The notes under the pieces were generated by a model. That model was not told where the DNA came from. It made no database searches and saw nothing but the letters and a program-made list of their open reading frames with translations. The translations under genes and the position numbers were made by a program. From Verrucomicrobiales bacterium (GTDB lineage: Bacteria; Verrucomicrobiota; Verrucomicrobiia; Verrucomicrobiales; V1-33): 19,817 nt of DNA. The first letter of the stretch is position 1, and every line of letters starts with the position of its first letter. The stretch is from assembly GCA_031411295.1 (NCBI GenBank), contig JANOAV010000173.1, positions 1 through 19,817 on the forward strand, given 5' to 3'. Below are positions 17,601-19,817 of the stretch, in pieces.

Positions 17601-19407
17601 CGATGGTGGCACCGGGGGTGGCGCAGGAAATACTTACGCTGGTGGCAGCAGTAAATATTCCCCGGTCGCCCGTGAACACTGTGTCCTTCACAAAGGCACT
17701 CACGGCATTTGCCGCAACGTTGGCCGCACTTGGAGTTGGCACCGTGAGATACGCCAGCGTGCCTGCGGCGGTGTTGTCCGCGCGACCATACGAGGAGAAT
17801 TTCTTCTGGGACGGATACTGGTTCACGCCTGTGCCTCCGATCGAGGAGACGATGACATTCCCACCCGCACCATCCGGCCTACTGAGGGTCACAATGCCGC
17901 TGTTGTTCAGCTTGAAATTCGTATGCAACTGAACCCCGGTAAACGCCTTATTTTTACCCGAGGCATACACTAGCAGATATCCGCCAGCAGGCACACTAAC
18001 GCTGGGCAGGATGTATTTTGCAGGTAATGCCGCATCATCCGAGAGTTGATAGTTGCGTAGATTCACGGCCGTGGCTTCGTTATTGCGGATCTCGATCCAG
18101 CCCTCGTCATCACCATCCATGTCCAAGGGAGTAGTAGGGTCGTTGGCCTTGGGAGAACTCTCGCTAACGAATTCATTGAGATGCACATTTAACACCGCTG
18201 GAGGCGGATGGCTGCTGGCCAGCAGTGGATTCGTGCCTGCGGTCACTTCCTCGCCATCGGTGAAACTATCGCCATCCGTATCGGCAAGTTTTGGATTCGT
18301 GCCCCGAACATTCACTTCATTGCCATCAGAGAGACCATCGCCATCGGTGTCGGTCAGCGTTGGATTAGTCAGATACGTCAGCACTTCCTGGCCGTCGCTC
18401 AGCCCATCGTTATCGGTGTCCGGCACCGTCGGATTCGTGCCAGCGGTCTGCTCTTGGATATTAGTCAAACCGTCATTGTCAGGATCGCCCGAGGCAGTCT
18501 GGGAGAGGTTTCCAGCTCCGAAATACTGCGTTTCCCAAGCATCGGAAAGCCCATCGCCATCGGTGTCGCCCAAGCCAGCAATGCCGTTGTTATAAATGTT
18601 CGTGATCTGGGTGGTCGTGAGCACTCCATCCCAGATGCCCACATCGTCCATCCAGCCTTTGGTGTAGCGGTCCAGGTGATTTCCAAAGAGGAGTGAACTG
18701 TTATTTACCCCCATGGGCCAGATGCCGCCGCCCGCACCAGCCACGATGTTCTTCGTGGCGTAGAGGGTGTTGTCCACGTAGAGTCGGCAGGCTGGCGTGG
18801 CGGCCCCCCGATCCATCACGGCCACGAAATGGTGCCAAGCGCTGTTGACGACATCCAGGCCATTCGTGAAGGCCGTAGGAAATCGGAAGAAGGTCGTGGC
18901 AGTCGAGGATTGGCGGGAATCGAACTGGAAATAACTCGTGGTATTCCCCGTGCCGGTGCTCCAGTTTACCTGAAGTTGATAGTATCCCAACGGGTCATAA
19001 GTATTCGCTGCGCCCCCCCCGTTGGACACGCGTCCGTAGCCCTTGGAAACCAGACCGCTGTTTGTCTGGTATTCCGCCACCGTTTCGTCGCCATCACTCT
19101 TATACCAGCAAGCCACGGAATAGGACTGGGTCTGGGAAAATTCAAAGCGCGCAAGATCTCCCGCATCCACAAAACCAGAAGTGCCATTTAAATACACCGC
19201 CCCGCCGAACCTCCCTGCTGCAGGCTGAAAGGTAGCGCCCGTAATCAGGGTGCCTGAAGCGGCCGGAGTATTGCCGGATGAATCAGCCGCCGTAGTCCCG
19301 GAGGCTTCATCGAATTTCCACCACCCCTGCAGTGCAGCGTCGGCGGGGATGGTGCATCCGAATGATAGGGACAAGAGAGCAAGGCGAAACGAGATGCGCG
19401 GAGACAT
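14620..19407 (-). CDS. Large secreted multidomain protein: LamG-like, DxDxDG repeats, lamin-tail domain, chitobiase/Fn3-associated, CotH kinase, Fn3-associated, lamin-tail domain, C-terminal domain (~1595 aa)
   Basis: Signal MSPRISFRLALLSLSFGCTIPADA; 'WKFDEASGTTAADSSG...WHHFVAV...GWMDDVGIW'; 'LNEFV...WIEIRN...VNL..YQLSD...LHTNFKL'; 'IAYTTNGSAPT'; CotH 'HLYLNGMYWGIY.LHEKPD', 'FIDYMLLNF..GNWDW..KN', 'SWDAE'; 'LVISEFNYNP...EYMEIMN'. The track start at 19626 crosses intergenic palindromes and is unlikely. Confidence 0.9.
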   Translation of the reverse strand: MSPRISFRLALLSLSFGCTIPADAALQGWWKFDEASGTTAADSSGNTPAASGTLITGATFQPAAGRFGGAVYLNGTSGFVDAGDLARFEFSQTQSYSVACWYKSDGDETVAEYQTNSGLVSKGYGRVSNGGGAANTYDPLGYYQLQVNWSTGTGNTTSYFQFDSRQSSTATTFFRFPTAFTNGLDVVNSAWHHFVAVMDRGAATPACRLYVDNTLYATKNIVAGAGGGIWPMGVNNSSLLFGNHLDRYTKGWMDDVGIWDGVLTTTQITNIYNNGIAGLGDTDGDGLSDAWETQYFGAGNLSQTASGDPDNDGLTNIQEQTAGTNPTVPDTDNDGLSDGQEVLTYLTNPTLTDTDGDGLSDGNEVNVRGTNPKLADTDGDSFTDGEEVTAGTNPLLASSHPPPAVLNVHLNEFVSESSPKANDPTTPLDMDGDDEGWIEIRNNEATAVNLRNYQLSDDAALPAKYILPSVSVPAGGYLLVYASGKNKAFTGVQLHTNFKLNNSGIVTLSRPDGAGGNVIVSSIGGTGVNQYPSQKKFSSYGRADNTAAGTLAYLTVPTPSAANVAANAVSAFVKDTVFTGDRGIFTAATSVSISCATPGATIAYTTNGSAPTPTNGTQVPAVDGLTPPVANLTISTTTLLRARAWKTGMGSSNVDTQSYLFPAEVMTQNGPTPSMGVGSAADTVTNWGTTGTTPMVLTAFPGLTQWGVNQLIATDPVTTNQFKQSDLMVLPTLSLVASWKDLFGPNTGEGIYPPAAGVAQEGVDRAASLELINPNASTTTPNLVKGFQADGNIHIFGGTSQARWKSLKLSMRFQCLNDVSYRPYGDEGANKFSNFVLDSAMNNTWMHPSDAAQRTRSAFTRDYVMADLQNKLSGAGGFHTRACHLYLNGMYWGIYWLHEKPDHHYASDYYGGSSADYDGFKHSATAGVDGAASAFPQIVNSQPLDPALPLGSNTITALNSSSQYYNCTVLKNYEDFLDLIGSGYSAPNPAPDLTQQANYEAVAAVLDIDHFIDYMLLNFVAGNWDWSDKNIYCCKSRLPGGKWRFSSWDAEHVFRTGTENFIAGGGNEVPRVGQPKDIHNKLRVNAEYKLRWADHIRKHMFNNGQLTVAAMKAAFDIRDLEINDAIRGESARWGHARASSNGNVPYKRTDWFTETQRITVNEGSGVSLIQNRWNLYMTPTTGQFRLATYGLYPTTEAPDFVQHGGNVSSGYALTINNPNAGGAGVTYYTMDGSDPRVVGGAVTAGALTYSAPVVLTQSTTVKSRILNAGVWSALTEAFYAVDTTPATSANLVISEFNYNPSNPTPTEITAGFNNANDFEYMEIMNIGTSNVNLQNVAFTAGITFHFNNSPVQVLAPGQRVVLVENLLAFRMRYGNTPVVAGVFELDSNLRNGGEKITLTAADGVTDIQSFTYNNNAPWPGGTDGQGYSLVLIKPETNPNETLPQSWRASASANNGSPGSVDTTNYLTWKSTYGVSLDTGDPDSDGVSNLLEYALQTLPSDTHSAKLPTGGWATFTVAGVPDNYLQLVFTKNPAADDITYHVEYSTNLDNWSEAVSDCTRVSSTPNLDGTVTETWRSTLPVPMTQRAFMHVRVTYP
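18215..18568 (-). repeat. Five DxDxD-type Ca-binding (TSP3-like) repeats inside the CotH protein (approximate bounds)
   Basis: DTDGDGLSDAWE, DPDNDGLTNIQE, DTDNDGLSDGQE, DTDGDGLSDGNE, DTDGDSFTDGEE; the last four are each followed by TNP. Confidence 0.85.
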
Positions 19408-19556
19408 GGGGATTGAGGGGATAAAGGACAGCGGAACCTCAGAGGAATGAGGGCACACCGATGGTTTTACCATTTTCCGGATCGCTTTGAGAAGTGAAAT
19501 ATTTGAAATTACGGCGGAAATGTTCTGAAACGAATTACGTGACCAAGCGCCCCAAG

Positions 19557-19614
19557 GGAGCAGGGGCGGCCCGCCCCTGCTAGCATTATGGTCGGGGCGA
19601 GCCGCCCCGACTCC
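19557..19614. repeat. Compact inverted doublet of GGAG-tagged palindromes (third REP-like family)
   Basis: Plus strand GGAG-CAGGGGCGGCCCGCCCCTGC; minus strand GGAG-TCGGGGCGGCTCGCCCCGAC; 10-nt spacer. Confidence 0.7.
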
Positions 19615-19692
19615 TTTCTGGTGCATGACATCCGCACCCTACGCCAAAAAGCAATATCGTCTTCATCAGTCCGTGTCATCGTCCGCCTCACT

Positions 19693-19817
19693 ATGCGACC
19701 CAGCTTCCTTTCCCACATCCTCCTGCTCTCCGTGCAACACGGACAGACCGCCGAACTAAAAACCACCGAGAAAGGCATCGTCATCAGTGCCGGGAGCTTG
19801 GGGGAGTTCGAGCTAGC
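19693..19817 (+). CDS. Start of a hypothetical, possibly exported protein running off the window edge
   Basis: Manual translation from ATG 19693: MRPSFLSHILLLSVQHGQTAELKTTEKGIVISAGSLGEFEL..., open to the window end, with a weak signal-like N-terminus. Confidence 0.55.
   Translation, partial: MRPSFLSHILLLSVQHGQTAELKTTEKGIVISAGSLGEFEL

Noticed and set aside
19408..19626. 73-aa N-terminal extension of the CotH ORF given by the track
   Set aside because: It crosses AT-rich promoter-like DNA and the palindrome doublet; ATG 19407 gives a clean signal peptide.
19804..19817. GAGTTCGAGCTAGC resembling the reverse complement of the REP flank at 252-267
   Set aside because: The match is short, needs a gap, and lies in a probable coding frame at the window edge; likely chance.

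Overview
Bacterial DNA of roughly 55-60% GC whose gene families (DUF1553/PSD1 cytochrome, DUF1080, CotH/lamin-tail and DxDxDG-repeat exoproteins, short-type ParC) point to the PVC superphylum, probably Verrucomicrobia (inference). Left to right: the truncated start of an IS-associated ORF (- strand); a Tat-exported Gfo/Idh/MocA oxidoreductase and a DUF1080 gene; a Pro-rich zinc-ribbon protein; a 1022-aa DUF1549/DUF1553 cytochrome c-LamG protein; a lower-GC three-gene cassette (zinc-ribbon/degenerate trypsin-like protein, Cys-free FGE-sulfatase-fold protein, six-repeat DxDxDG protein); a metzincin peptidase with an NPCBM-like domain; a stand-alone topoisomerase IV subunit A; a ~1595-aa CotH-kinase exoprotein; and the start of a further gene. 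Intergenic DNA carries several GTAG/GTGG/GGAG-tagged REP-like palindromes, some showing compensatory changes. The lead hypothesis is that the cassette encodes a scaffold-plus-ligand-binder system, in which six 'xxSxxFxxDT' linker strands complete an apparently unfinished Ig-like domain of the neighbouring protein. A second notable signal is a beta-clamp-like motif (QLSLNL) on the ParC N-terminal tail. All family calls come from motif recognition by eye; no searches were run.
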